Of a DNA stretch of 64,000 bases, positions 9,289 through 19,109 are shown in pieces (within the stretch, counting starts at the first letter, position 1; every line of letters starts with the position of its first letter). The DNA is from Candidatus Obscuribacterales bacterium (GTDB lineage Bacteria > Cyanobacteriota > Vampirovibrionia > Obscuribacterales > Obscuribacteraceae). The notes beneath the pieces were generated by a model. The model saw only the letters and a program-made list of their open reading frames with translations. It did not search any database and was not told where the DNA came from. Location of the stretch: assembly GCA_965228855.1 (NCBI GenBank), contig CBDDIJ010000005.1:704001-768000 (forward strand), given 5' to 3'. The position numbers and the translations under genes are program-made.

Positions 9289-10284
9289 GTGAACACGTGT
9301 GTGGATATGAACGCACTCAGCACTGCGGAGCTCATCCGCAGACACATTGAAAAGCACCCTGTAGACCAGATTCTTACTACGAGGGAGATCGTCCACTATG
9401 GAACCAGAAGGGCTGTCGATAACGTAATCGCATGGTGTATTAAAAGGAACGTTCTCAAGCGAGTCGCCAGAGGATGCTTTGTTCGAAGTGAGCGCAAGCA
9501 ACCAGTTACCGAGTTAGAGATTGCGCAAAAAAAAGCCACGTCGTTTGGAAGGCAAATCATCAAATTCGGCGGAGATTGCGCTCGAGAGCTAGGTATCTTG
9601 GACAAGCCCTCGACGGGTTTCGTGTTCGCCACCAATGGGCGTAGCAGTTCTTTTATGTTCAACGGCAACCGTATTTTCTTCGTCGGTGTAAGTCAACGTA
9701 AATTTGCTCTCGGCGATTCAAAAACGGGACAAGTCATTCGAGCACTCTGTCACCTTGGAGAACTAGCCGTAAACGCAAGAATCGTCGGCTGTGCCACCCA
9801 GAACTTAACCGACAAACAAAGGCACGAAATCGCATCGCGCTGCAGCTCTATGCCAGCGTGGCTGGCCGATTACTTCTTCCCCTGGAATCTCTTGCAGTTC
9901 GTTGACAAACGAATGCAGGTGAATGAGGCTCCGGCACCGTACCTGGTGACAAAACAAGTCACTTCCCGGAGTTCAACTCCTCCAGGTTTTTCTTGGCTTC
10001 CTCGAAATCAGGATTCAACTCAAGCGCTCTGCGATATTCCGCTTCCGCTTTCGGGAAATCACCGGTTTTCAGATAAGCAACGCCCAGATTGTTATGAGGT
10101 AATGGATTGTCCGGCATCAGTTCAATCGCCTTTTGGTAATGGGCAATTGCTTTCTCAAATTGATTCTCGTGTTGATAGTAAAGCGCGATATTATAATGAG
10201 CATCAGCATTTTGTGGATCAATTGTTAATGCCTTATTGTATTCCTCAAGCGCCTTCGGATAATTTCCCATACCGAAATACGTGA
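9289..10284 (+). CDS. DUF6088-family / AbiEi-like (type IV antitoxin-like) winged-helix protein
   Basis: ILTTREIVHYGTRRAVD...LKRVARGCF wHTH; FVFATNGRSSSF; GQVIRALCHLG; MPAWLAD; GGGAGG RBS at ~9284, so the start could be 9289, 9301 or 9307; the last ~108 codons overlap the convergent TPR gene. Confidence 0.8.
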   Translation: MNTCVDMNALSTAELIRRHIEKHPVDQILTTREIVHYGTRRAVDNVIAWCIKRNVLKRVARGCFVRSERKQPVTELEIAQKKATSFGRQIIKFGGDCARELGILDKPSTGFVFATNGRSSSFMFNGNRIFFVGVSQRKFALGDSKTGQVIRALCHLGELAVNARIVGCATQNLTDKQRHEIASRCSSMPAWLADYFFPWNLLQFVDKRMQVNEAPAPYLVTKQVTSRSSTPPGFSWLPRNQDSTQALCDIPLPLSGNHRFSDKQRPDCYEVMDCPASVQSPFGNGQLLSQIDSRVDSKARYYNEHQHFVDQLLMPYCIPQAPSDNFPYRNT

Positions 10285-11080
10285 TACCAAGGCTGGTGTG
10301 AGCTTGCGGATAGCCTAAATTGCGCTGAGCCTCCGCATAGGTCGGATCGAGTTTAAGCGCTGCCTGAAACTCCTTCACGGAGTCGGTGAAGTTATTGTCC
10401 GCCGCATATGCTACTCCGAGATTGTTATGTGCTGCAGCCAGGCTCGGATCGCATTGAATGGCTAGTTTGTATTCCTCGATCGCTTTTGAAAGGTTATGCT
10501 TTTCATGGTAGACACGCCCTAAACTGAAGTGGGCGTGAGCGTTTTTTCCGTTCAATTTGACAGCTTTAGAATAGCCTTGAACAGCCAGCTCTTTCTTACC
10601 AAGACGTTCATACGTTACGGCACGATTGTATTCGTATTCTGAATCATTTGGACTCTGTTTGATCGCCTCCTCAAAGAAGGGAAGAGCGTCCAGATACTTT
10701 TTCTGATCGAACAGGGACACGCCGTAATTGAACTTATACTCGGCATTCTTAGGATCGATTGCGCACGCGGCTTTGAAGAAAGTAGCTGCCATTTGAACAT
10801 TCTTCCACTTTAGATAAATCTTGCCGAGCAAGTTCTGAATGCGCGCATCTGACTGATCTACTGCCACCACTTGCTTCAAGATAGATTCAGCTGCGTTCAA
10901 ATCACCAGCCGAATAAGCAGCCAGAGCCTGGTCGTAGGCCGCATTGGTCTGCGCCGAAGCAACAAGCCTTCCAGAAGAAAACTCAAGGGCTTCAGCCGGA
11001 TAGGACAGCGCCCCAACAGTCATCCAACCAATCAGAACAAGAGAGAGTCTTATCCGAAAAACTTTTCTAGGATGCGTCAC
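9959..11080 (-). CDS. Secreted tetratricopeptide-repeat protein
   Basis: Signal peptide (ending AEA/LE); about 8-9 canonical 34-aa TPRs (AHNNLGVAY, AHFSLG, AHYNIA). Confidence 0.92.
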   Translation of the reverse strand: MTHPRKVFRIRLSLVLIGWMTVGALSYPAEALEFSSGRLVASAQTNAAYDQALAAYSAGDLNAAESILKQVVAVDQSDARIQNLLGKIYLKWKNVQMAATFFKAACAIDPKNAEYKFNYGVSLFDQKKYLDALPFFEEAIKQSPNDSEYEYNRAVTYERLGKKELAVQGYSKAVKLNGKNAHAHFSLGRVYHEKHNLSKAIEEYKLAIQCDPSLAAAHNNLGVAYAADNNFTDSVKEFQAALKLDPTYAEAQRNLGYPQAHTSLGITYFGMGNYPKALEEYNKALTIDPQNADAHYNIALYYQHENQFEKAIAHYQKAIELMPDNPLPHNNLGVAYLKTGDFPKAEAEYRRALELNPDFEEAKKNLEELNSGK

Positions 11081-11247
11081 AAAATAAACTCCAGGATGCC
11101 CGCGATAATTCGTGAGTTCTATTGAATTATTGAAACACGAAATTCAGGGCTGAAACTATTTTAGTTCGAAAATCTCACACGCTGGACTCTGTTGAGCAGC
11201 GGAAACCCGATTTTTCAAATTCGGCTAAAATAGACACCTGACTATGA

Positions 11248-13008
11248 GTGATAAAAATGAATACCTCGTCAAAGCACCAAACGAATTTCTGCCTGTTCAT
11301 CCTCGCCTGCTCTATCGCAATATCTATAAATCCGGTCCATGCAAAGAAAGACAAGCTCACCCTGGACCCGGTCCCGGTTGCAAAAAAGGCAAAACCAGAA
11401 TCGCCGGAATGCGCAGCATGCTACAAGGATGCCACAAGACTGTTTGCGACCGGAAAGTCAACCGACGCCTATAAATTACTGAAAGCAAACCAGGTCAATT
11501 GCAAGGACTCAGCAAAATTCAATTTGCTATTATCCACAGTTCTTTTGCGCATGCCGACGCACGAGAAAGAGGCAGCACAAGCCGCGGCAACGGCGGTCGA
11601 ATTAGATCCAACCTCGATTGCGGCGCATTTCCAACTGGGAGTATCGCTTGCTGCAAGCGGTGACTCAGCCAATGCGGCCACAGCCTACGAGAAGTTGGTG
11701 AAACTTGATCCGGCGAACTACGAAGCCTGGTCTGCACTCAGCACACTGTACGCGGAACTGCACGACTCAGCCAAAGCAAAAACAGCTTCAGCAAAGGCAG
11801 CTGCATTGGAGCCCGAATCGCGAATTGCAAAAATTCGTACCGCACAAAATCTGTTTAAACAGGGTAAGTCAGCAGCCGCTTCAGCCGAGCTAGACAGGCT
11901 AATCAACGACGATCAAATGGAGCCGGAATTTTTAATAGGACTGGCAAAAGATGCACTCGATATGCAAGCCTATAGCGAATCTATAAAAGCAGCGGATCGC
12001 GCTCTCGCCACCTATCCGAAACTAACTGAGTTGCTGAAGACAAAATCGACCGCTCAGCTCTGGCGACGCGAGTACAGCGCCGGTTTAGAAACGATTTCGA
12101 AACTTGATCCATCCGCCAGAGGCGATCAGGACGCCATTGCAATTCGCGCACTGCATCTCATCAATCTCGGAAAAACTAAAGATGCACAGCCTCTGGTTTC
12201 AAAACTCCCAACAAAGACCACAGACGCTCCGTTAGCCGGTCTTGCTCGGGCGTACATGGCAGAACGAGAAGGAGACGTTTCTCAAGCAACAAAACAACTT
12301 GAGAGCGCCCTTCGACATAACCAGGTTTTTGCGCCACCACATATAGAGCTAGCCCGCCTGGCTCTCCGACAGGGGAGGGCCGAAGATGTCCTTGCCGAAG
12401 CACGAGAAGTACAGCGTTCCAAAGCATATGTCGCAAGCGGTAAGGCCTTTGAATCAAGATTGGCATTAGAGGGTGCAACCGCGCGCGAGAAAGTTGCCGA
12501 GGCTCTCAACCTTGCAAAAGAAGCCGTCAAATTGAACGGGGAAGATCCGGAGGCACTAACGGCTCTGTGCCTGGCAAATTTGAAAGGGGGCAAGGTGGAA
12601 GAAGCTCAAAAGTCTATACAGAAAGCGATTGAAGTCGAACCGGGCAATATCGACGTACAATTGGCTGCAATTAAGATCATGTCCGGTGAGGGAAAAACAG
12701 ACAAAAGTCTCGAAGCACTCCAAGCCCTCCAAGAAATCGCACCTGGCGACAGCGAAGTGCTTTCCGCTCTGGCTGAAACCTATTCTTCCAAAGGCGACTC
12801 CTCATCAGCAATCAAGCTGCTACGTCCGTATCTGGAAAACGGAAAACCAGAGCCCACCCTGGTCTTCGCCCTCGCTCGAGTTTACGAAAATGCTGGACGC
12901 GGCAAAGAGGCGAGTAAGTATTTCCAGCAGAGCCTCTCAGAAGGATTACAGGGTCAGCGAGCGCTACTGGCTCGTGAAGCCCTTAAGAGCCTCGGCAACG
13001 CCGAATAG
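11248..13008 (+). CDS. Secreted TPR-repeat protein
   Basis: Signal peptide ending VHA/KK; repeated TPR signatures (AHFQLG, EAWSAL, LEP/LDP turns). Confidence 0.85.
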   Translation: MIKMNTSSKHQTNFCLFILACSIAISINPVHAKKDKLTLDPVPVAKKAKPESPECAACYKDATRLFATGKSTDAYKLLKANQVNCKDSAKFNLLLSTVLLRMPTHEKEAAQAAATAVELDPTSIAAHFQLGVSLAASGDSANAATAYEKLVKLDPANYEAWSALSTLYAELHDSAKAKTASAKAAALEPESRIAKIRTAQNLFKQGKSAAASAELDRLINDDQMEPEFLIGLAKDALDMQAYSESIKAADRALATYPKLTELLKTKSTAQLWRREYSAGLETISKLDPSARGDQDAIAIRALHLINLGKTKDAQPLVSKLPTKTTDAPLAGLARAYMAEREGDVSQATKQLESALRHNQVFAPPHIELARLALRQGRAEDVLAEAREVQRSKAYVASGKAFESRLALEGATAREKVAEALNLAKEAVKLNGEDPEALTALCLANLKGGKVEEAQKSIQKAIEVEPGNIDVQLAAIKIMSGEGKTDKSLEALQALQEIAPGDSEVLSALAETYSSKGDSSSAIKLLRPYLENGKPEPTLVFALARVYENAGRGKEASKYFQQSLSEGLQGQRALLAREALKSLGNAE

Positions 13009-13105
13009 ACGCAAATGGTAACGAGCCAGCCCGATATACACACCGGGCGCCCGGTCGGGTGGGATACAATACAAAAGTCCGGCGTTTAAAAGGCGACATA
13101 CCTCA

Positions 13106-14704
13106 ATGGTGTCAACAAAAGCGGCAACAGTTCAATCGATCAATCCGGCGACCAAAGAATTGCTCGGCGAAATTCCAATCATGGGTCAGCCCCAGGTGGA
13201 AGAAGCCGTAAAACGCGCCTGGATTGCCTTTGAAGACTGGCAACTGCTTGATTATAATCAACGCGCCAAACACATTTTAAAACTGCGTCGAGTGATTTCG
13301 AAAAATGCCGATTCCCTCGCGGAGATGATAAGCAAAGAAGTAGGGAAGCCGCTTTCTGAGAGCTATGCGACCGAGTTGAACGGTCCCCTTGATACATGCG
13401 TTTGGCTCTCGGACAACGCGGACCGTTTGTTGAAAGATCAAATGGTGATGCTCACCAACCCTCTACTATCCACGAAGCAGAACGTAATCGCGTTTGAGCC
13501 TTTAGGAGTGGTAGGCATTATCGCTCCCTGGAACTTTCCATTCTCAATTCCGATGATGACCATCGCGATGGCGCTCATGGTGGGCAATACCGTCGTTTTA
13601 AAACCATCCGAGAAGTCCAGCCTGATTGGCATTCGCATCGGCGAACTTTTCGATGAAGCAGGTTTTCCCAAAGGCGTGGTTCAAATTGTCACAGGCGACA
13701 GAAGCACTGGTAAGTATCTGAGCGAAAGCCGACTTTCCAAGCTCATTTTCACAGGCAGCTACGAAGGCGGACGCAAAGTGATGGAACAGGCTTCCGCGAA
13801 CGTGACGCCTGTCAGTCTAGAACTCGGCGGAAAGGACGCGGCCATAATTCTGCCGGATGCTCCTGTGGAGTGGACCGCGAAAGCGATTGCCTGGGGCGCG
13901 TTTACAAACGCAGGACAAGCTTGCGCATCAATTGAACGCGTCTACATTCTCAAAGGGAAACACACGGAGAAAATGATCGACGCGATTGTCGCCGAGACAC
14001 AAAAGCTGAAAGTCGGTCCATATACCGATTCGGCAACTGACATCGGTCCTGTGATCGATGCATCACAACTCGACAAGATCGTCACTCAGGTAGAACAGGC
14101 AAGGGAAGCCGGTGCCAAAATTTTGACAGGCGGTCGAAAACCTGATGGATTGTCAGGTTTCTTCTTCGAGCCCACAGTGCTTACGAACGTGAATCACTCC
14201 ATGGCGGTGATGAGGGAAGAAACTTTTGGTCCGGTTCTTCCGATTATGGTGATTGAAAACGAAGATGAGGCGGTCGATCTCGCAAATGACAGCGAGTTCG
14301 GATTATGCGCGTCTGTTTGGGGAAAGAATTTGCGTCGTGCGGAAAATATCGCGCGAGACCTGCAAGTGGGAACAGTCACGATCAACGACTGCTTATTTAC
14401 TCATGCTGCGCCGCAATTGCCCTGGGGCGGACTGAAGAAGAGTGGCTTCGGAAGGTCTCACTCACAATTCGGCTTGCTCGATCTCGTCAATATCAAACAC
14501 ATAAATATCGACGCACCCGGAACTTCAAAGCTCTGGTGGTACCCATACGGAAACAACAGAATGAGAACTCTGCGCGGAGGTATTCAACTTTTCCACGGGT
14601 CGCTGTCCAGCAAGGTCGCAGGCTTCTTCGAATTTCTTGCAAATATGTTCAAAAATCCGAAGACCGGCAGCCCCCTTCAGCCCAAATCGCGTGGCGATGA
14701 ATAG
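13106..14704 (+). CDS. NAD(P)-dependent aldehyde dehydrogenase
   Basis: PWNFP, KPSE, FTGS, LELGGKD, NAGQAC (catalytic Cys), EETFGPV, GGLKKSGFGR. Confidence 0.95.
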   Translation: MVSTKAATVQSINPATKELLGEIPIMGQPQVEEAVKRAWIAFEDWQLLDYNQRAKHILKLRRVISKNADSLAEMISKEVGKPLSESYATELNGPLDTCVWLSDNADRLLKDQMVMLTNPLLSTKQNVIAFEPLGVVGIIAPWNFPFSIPMMTIAMALMVGNTVVLKPSEKSSLIGIRIGELFDEAGFPKGVVQIVTGDRSTGKYLSESRLSKLIFTGSYEGGRKVMEQASANVTPVSLELGGKDAAIILPDAPVEWTAKAIAWGAFTNAGQACASIERVYILKGKHTEKMIDAIVAETQKLKVGPYTDSATDIGPVIDASQLDKIVTQVEQAREAGAKILTGGRKPDGLSGFFFEPTVLTNVNHSMAVMREETFGPVLPIMVIENEDEAVDLANDSEFGLCASVWGKNLRRAENIARDLQVGTVTINDCLFTHAAPQLPWGGLKKSGFGRSHSQFGLLDLVNIKHINIDAPGTSKLWWYPYGNNRMRTLRGGIQLFHGSLSSKVAGFFEFLANMFKNPKTGSPLQPKSRGDE

Positions 14705-14734
14705 CGTCCGCACAAGGCTTTTGCGATAAAAGAC

Positions 14735-15934
14735 TTACTTCGAAGCGCCGGCAGTCAGACTTTTCTGTGGCGGGTTGGATGGTGAGAAAACGCTCTTCAT
14801 CACCTCAACTGCTTTATCGCATTCCGCTTGAGTGTTATAACGACCAAGCGAGATTCGCACAGAGCCTTTGGTTTGCGAACACGGAAGACAGAGCGCGCTT
14901 AAAACATGAGAGGGTTCAATCACCCCGCTATGACACGCCGATGCACTCGATGTACAAATTCCTTTCATATCGAGTTGCATAACGAGAGCCTCTCCTTCAG
15001 CATTCTCGACAGCAATACTCACGTGACCCGGCAATCTGCGATCGAGATCGACGGGACCCGTAAGATGGACACCGTCTAAGGCGCCCAATTGATCCATGAT
15101 GAAGCGCTGCATCTTTTTCAAATGCGATGTGCACTCATCGAAGTCGGCTTTCGCCAACTCCGCAGCTTTGCCGAGAGCCACAACATTAGCCAATCCTTCT
15201 GTACCTGGCAACAAAGCTTTTTCTTGTCCGCCGCCAAAAGTAATCGGCATGATGTTGACGCCTTTACGCAGAAACAAAGCGCCGATGCCCTTGGGTGCGT
15301 GAAATTTGTGACCGGAAATTGAAATCGACGATAGTCCCGGAATTTTGCCTACTTCAATGAGAATTTTCGCAGAAGCCTGAACAGCATCAGAATGAAAGAA
15401 AATTTCGGTTCCATGTTTTGTCGATTCTTCGGTAATTACTTCTGCAAGTTGCGAAATCGGCTGTACGGTGCCGATTTCGTTATTGGCCCACATGATGCTC
15501 ACGATGCTGGTCTCTTTCGTGATAGCTTTACGCAAGACTTCGGGATCGACAAAGCCCTCACTATCCACCGGAAGAAAAGTCACTTTCCATCCTTCGCCCT
15601 CGAGCAACTTGCATGGTCCCATCACTGATGGATGCTCGATTTGAGTTGTGATTATGTGTTTGCCGAGATCGTTGGCTTTGACGAAACGCGCGCGTCCAAG
15701 AATTGCGGCGTTGTTGCTCATCGTCCCGCAGGCGCTAAAATAAACTTCAACAGGTGAGCACCCAAGCAGCGCTGCGACTTGCTTTCGAGCGGTAGCCACA
15801 GCTTTGTGAGACGCTCTGCCAACAGAGTGAATCGACGACGGATTACCGAACTGCTCCATCAAATAAGGCATCATCGCGTCGACGACTTCCTGACGCACCT
15901 TAGTGGTGGCACTGTTGTCAAAGTAAATGGTCAT
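14735..15934 (-). CDS. iscS: Cysteine desulfurase, IscS/NifS group I
   Basis: IYFDNSATT, GNPSSIH, NNEIG, HSDAVQ, SGHKF (PLP lysine), SSASAC catalytic Cys; start moved to ATG 15934. Confidence 0.9.
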   Translation of the reverse strand: MTIYFDNSATTKVRQEVVDAMMPYLMEQFGNPSSIHSVGRASHKAVATARKQVAALLGCSPVEVYFSACGTMSNNAAILGRARFVKANDLGKHIITTQIEHPSVMGPCKLLEGEGWKVTFLPVDSEGFVDPEVLRKAITKETSIVSIMWANNEIGTVQPISQLAEVITEESTKHGTEIFFHSDAVQASAKILIEVGKIPGLSSISISGHKFHAPKGIGALFLRKGVNIMPITFGGGQEKALLPGTEGLANVVALGKAAELAKADFDECTSHLKKMQRFIMDQLGALDGVHLTGPVDLDRRLPGHVSIAVENAEGEALVMQLDMKGICTSSASACHSGVIEPSHVLSALCLPCSQTKGSVRISLGRYNTQAECDKAVEVMKSVFSPSNPPQKSLTAGASK

Positions 15935-16158
15935 GACCTTTTCCACGTACTCCTGCGAGCAAATAGTTTGGGTGCCGAGCACCTCTATTGAATGCAATAA
16001 ACACCGAAATGGTAGCATGCTCTTCTTATTGAAAGGCTTTCAGAAGATGCAACTAATCGAGCACTATATTGACATCACGATCATATCACGCAAAACCAGC
16101 CAACCATGCCGTTTCCGGGCTGGCAGCCCTGCTCTCAAAAATCAGATGGTGAGGTAAG

Positions 16159-17154
16159 GTGCTTCTCAGAATTGTTCTGCTTCTGGCAGTTGCCTTCGTA
16201 TCTCTGATGTTGAATTTGTGCATCGGCGACATTAGCGTCGAGCCGGCGGCCGCTCTGACGGCTATCTTCAAGCCGGAGGATATGCCCGATACCAGCGCTT
16301 TCCAGCTCGAAATCATCCGGCAGATTCGTCTGCCGCGCGTTCTCATCGCAATGGTCGTCGGCACGGCTTTGAGCGTCGCTGGTTATCTCTTGCAAAGCCT
16401 GTCCCGAAATCATCTTGCCGATCCGTATCTGACCGGCGTGTCGAGCGGCGCTGGAGTGGTCGTTGCAATAGCCGTGGCATCGAATTGCAGTTATGAACTG
16501 GTTCCCCTGATCGCTTTTTCTGGTGGACTGGTGGCAGCAGTTATTGTGGGCGGCTTAGCAAGAAGTTCTCGAGGACTGTCAGTTACTCGGCTCTTGCTGG
16601 GCGGCGTCGGACTATCTACGATTTGCAGCGGCATCATCACTCTGGTTGTCACTCTCGGCGGCGATCCGGTTCGCGCGCAGAGCATTTACTTCTGGTTAGC
16701 AGGTGGCATCAGCGGTCGCACCTGGACAGAATTCTGGCCGGCATTAGGCTATTCAACAGCGGGTCTTCTAGCCGCTTTTGTTCTGTCGAAACAAATACGC
16801 CTCCTGTCTGTGGGTTCGGAACAGGCCAAAGGTCTTGGTGTCAATGTAGATTATGTTCAATGGGGAATCTTGTTTATTGCCGTTCTACTTACCGGAACAG
16901 CTGTTTCAGTAAGCGGCATAGTCGGCTTTGTCGGACTGGTAGCGCCTCACATTGCCCGGAACGTTTTTGGGCGAGATGAGCGCGTTCACATCTTCGCCTC
17001 CGCCGTCACAGGAATGATACTGGTAATGCTCAGCGACCTTCTGGCAAGAACCCTGGTCGAAGGGCAAGAACTGCCACTCTCAACCCTCTTATCACTTGTC
17101 GGTGGACCATTTTTCCTCTTCCTTATCTCCAGACAAAAATCGGAGAGTCTCTAG
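16159..17154 (+). CDS. FecCD/BtuC-family iron-chelate or cobalamin ABC transporter permease
   Basis: IRLPRVL, RNHLADPYLTGVSSGA, GFVGLVAPH, GGPFF motifs. Confidence 0.93.
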   Translation: MLLRIVLLLAVAFVSLMLNLCIGDISVEPAAALTAIFKPEDMPDTSAFQLEIIRQIRLPRVLIAMVVGTALSVAGYLLQSLSRNHLADPYLTGVSSGAGVVVAIAVASNCSYELVPLIAFSGGLVAAVIVGGLARSSRGLSVTRLLLGGVGLSTICSGIITLVVTLGGDPVRAQSIYFWLAGGISGRTWTEFWPALGYSTAGLLAAFVLSKQIRLLSVGSEQAKGLGVNVDYVQWGILFIAVLLTGTAVSVSGIVGFVGLVAPHIARNVFGRDERVHIFASAVTGMILVMLSDLLARTLVEGQELPLSTLLSLVGGPFFLFLISRQKSESL

Positions 17155-17964
17155 ATGACTGACGGCGGAATGACACTTGAAATCAATGCACTGAGTGCGG
17201 GCTACGACAAAAACAGCCCGGTCGTGGTCGATATGAATCTGGTCGTGCCTCGCAATAAGGTCGTGGTTCTCGCCGGACCGAACGGCTGCGGAAAGTCCAC
17301 TATCATCAAGGTTATTGCTCGACAGTTGAAACCGCTGTCCGGCAACGCGACCCTTGCCGGAAAAGACATCTATTCGATGAACGCAGATGAATTTGCCAAA
17401 ACAGTCGCCTACGTGCCGCAATCCATCGACTTCTCCAATCAACTGACTGTGGAGGAACTCGTTCGCCTGGGTCGCAACCCGCACCAGCGGTGGTGGTCAT
17501 GGAGCGAAAGCGCGACAGACAGAGAGGCCACTCAAAACGCTCTCAGCAAGGCGGGTTTAGAGCCGCTAGCCCAGAGACCTTTCGCTAACCTCTCGGGTGG
17601 CGAGCAAAAGCGCGCGCTGATCGCGACTGCTCTTGCGCAAGAACCGACCTTCATTCTTATGGACGAACCCATAGCCCACCTTGATTTCAAACATCAGCTC
17701 GGATTGCTCTCGCTTATCTCCGAATTGAAAGAGCGCTCTATAGGCGTCCTGCTCGTCCTGCATGACTTGAATATGATCGATCGCGTCGCCGATGAAATTG
17801 CGTTTTTAAAACCGGAACCCGGCACCCCTAGCCTGCTGTTCGCTAAGGGCGCGCGAGAAGACGTCCTCACGCCAGAAAACATAACCCAGATTTTTGACGT
17901 AAAAGTAGAAGTCTTCCCCGATCGTTCGAAACAGGGAAGACATTTTACGATTGAGTCTATCTAA
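17155..17964 (+). CDS. FecE/BtuD-type ABC transporter ATP-binding protein
   Basis: Walker A GPNGCGKST, signature LSGGE, Walker B ILMDEP, HDLN; abuts the permease stop (TAGATG). Confidence 0.93.
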   Translation: MTDGGMTLEINALSAGYDKNSPVVVDMNLVVPRNKVVVLAGPNGCGKSTIIKVIARQLKPLSGNATLAGKDIYSMNADEFAKTVAYVPQSIDFSNQLTVEELVRLGRNPHQRWWSWSESATDREATQNALSKAGLEPLAQRPFANLSGGEQKRALIATALAQEPTFILMDEPIAHLDFKHQLGLLSLISELKERSIGVLLVLHDLNMIDRVADEIAFLKPEPGTPSLLFAKGAREDVLTPENITQIFDVKVEVFPDRSKQGRHFTIESI

Positions 17965-17985
17965 CCGGGTGCGATTCCAGAGAGC

Positions 17986-19068
17986 TTATGCACTCAAGCG
18001 CAGGCTGATGCGCAGTTGATTATTTCGATAATTGTTGGCAAAACGTTCGCGCGCGAGGTTTTGATTATAGTAGTTGTTGCGACCGCCGGAATAGCAATCG
18101 TCACCACCGCGATAATTTCCCCTGTAGCGATTTCCGCCGTGGTCGAGTAAACCGACGAGAGGTGAGTTCGCCAGTGCTACACCGAATGCGGCCAGGTCAC
18201 GGAAGTCGTTGTTGCCTCGTTGATAATCGTAGCCGGAATCGCGGAAGACGACTCCATTTCTACCACCATATACGGTGCTGCTATCGTAGCCCGGATCTAC
18301 AAAAGGAGGAGTTCCGGGATACCCGGAATCATAACGATAGTCGACTACTGGGGCTGGACGTCTATAATTGTGATATCCTCGATCGTTTCCGCCATGGCGG
18401 TTGATAAGAATTCTGGCAAGGTCTGAATTTGCGAGGGCTACGGTGGTCGCCATAATGTCCCGACCGGACACGCCTCGATCCTGAATCACCACACCATCCG
18501 GACCATAGCCGCTGGTCGTATCACGGAACACAACGCCCTGAGGACCGCCAGCAATTACCGAATCCCGGTAAACGGGAGGCGCCGAATAATCCGAGTAAGA
18601 CCAAGCCCTGGTGCGTCCGCCGCCTCGCATATGTTCAGGCCCTCGATGTGCGTAAAACGCGTCGGCGGCATCCTGACCGTACAGCGGTCGGTGACCACGA
18701 AAAGTCGAACTCGGAGGTCCCTGGTAGTCGGAATAGCGTCCGTCAAATACGTTTCCCGATATCTGCTCGTAGCGAGTTTCTTGCGGCGACCGGTCTCCAC
18801 GGTAAATGTTAACGACATTCGCATGGTTGATGACTATTTGTCCATCACCTTGACCGCTGACCACTCGTCCATCGATCACGACCGTATCGCCACTGTTGCG
18901 AGGCAAGGTCACGGAGTCATTTGCCCGGGTGGGCGCCCCCTGCGATTGAGAATATTCAGTAAATAGCGGGTTTGGCGCCGGCAGTTCATTGTACGACGCA
19001 TCAAATTCTTCACGACTTTCCGGAGCCGGCGTAGCGGCCTTCCGCTGCGGAGCATCACTCATTGCCAA
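17986..19068 (-). CDS. Low-complexity G/R/Y/D/N-rich hypothetical protein with an internal repeat
   Basis: 360-aa ORF; AGGGAG RBS upstream; two copies of GG(P/R)xGVVFRD...RD..A..VALANS.L. Confidence 0.7.
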   Translation of the reverse strand: MAMSDAPQRKAATPAPESREEFDASYNELPAPNPLFTEYSQSQGAPTRANDSVTLPRNSGDTVVIDGRVVSGQGDGQIVINHANVVNIYRGDRSPQETRYEQISGNVFDGRYSDYQGPPSSTFRGHRPLYGQDAADAFYAHRGPEHMRGGGRTRAWSYSDYSAPPVYRDSVIAGGPQGVVFRDTTSGYGPDGVVIQDRGVSGRDIMATTVALANSDLARILINRHGGNDRGYHNYRRPAPVVDYRYDSGYPGTPPFVDPGYDSSTVYGGRNGVVFRDSGYDYQRGNNDFRDLAAFGVALANSPLVGLLDHGGNRYRGNYRGGDDCYSGGRNNYYNQNLARERFANNYRNNQLRISLRLSA

Positions 19069-19109
19069 CGTTCTCCCTAACTAAATCCAGCCTGGACCCA
19101 TCCATTTCA

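Noticed and set aside
13042..13055. 14-bp palindrome ACCGGGCGCCCGGT upstream of the first ALDH
   Set aside because: Short and GC-rich with no U-tract or adjacent regulator; no function can be assigned
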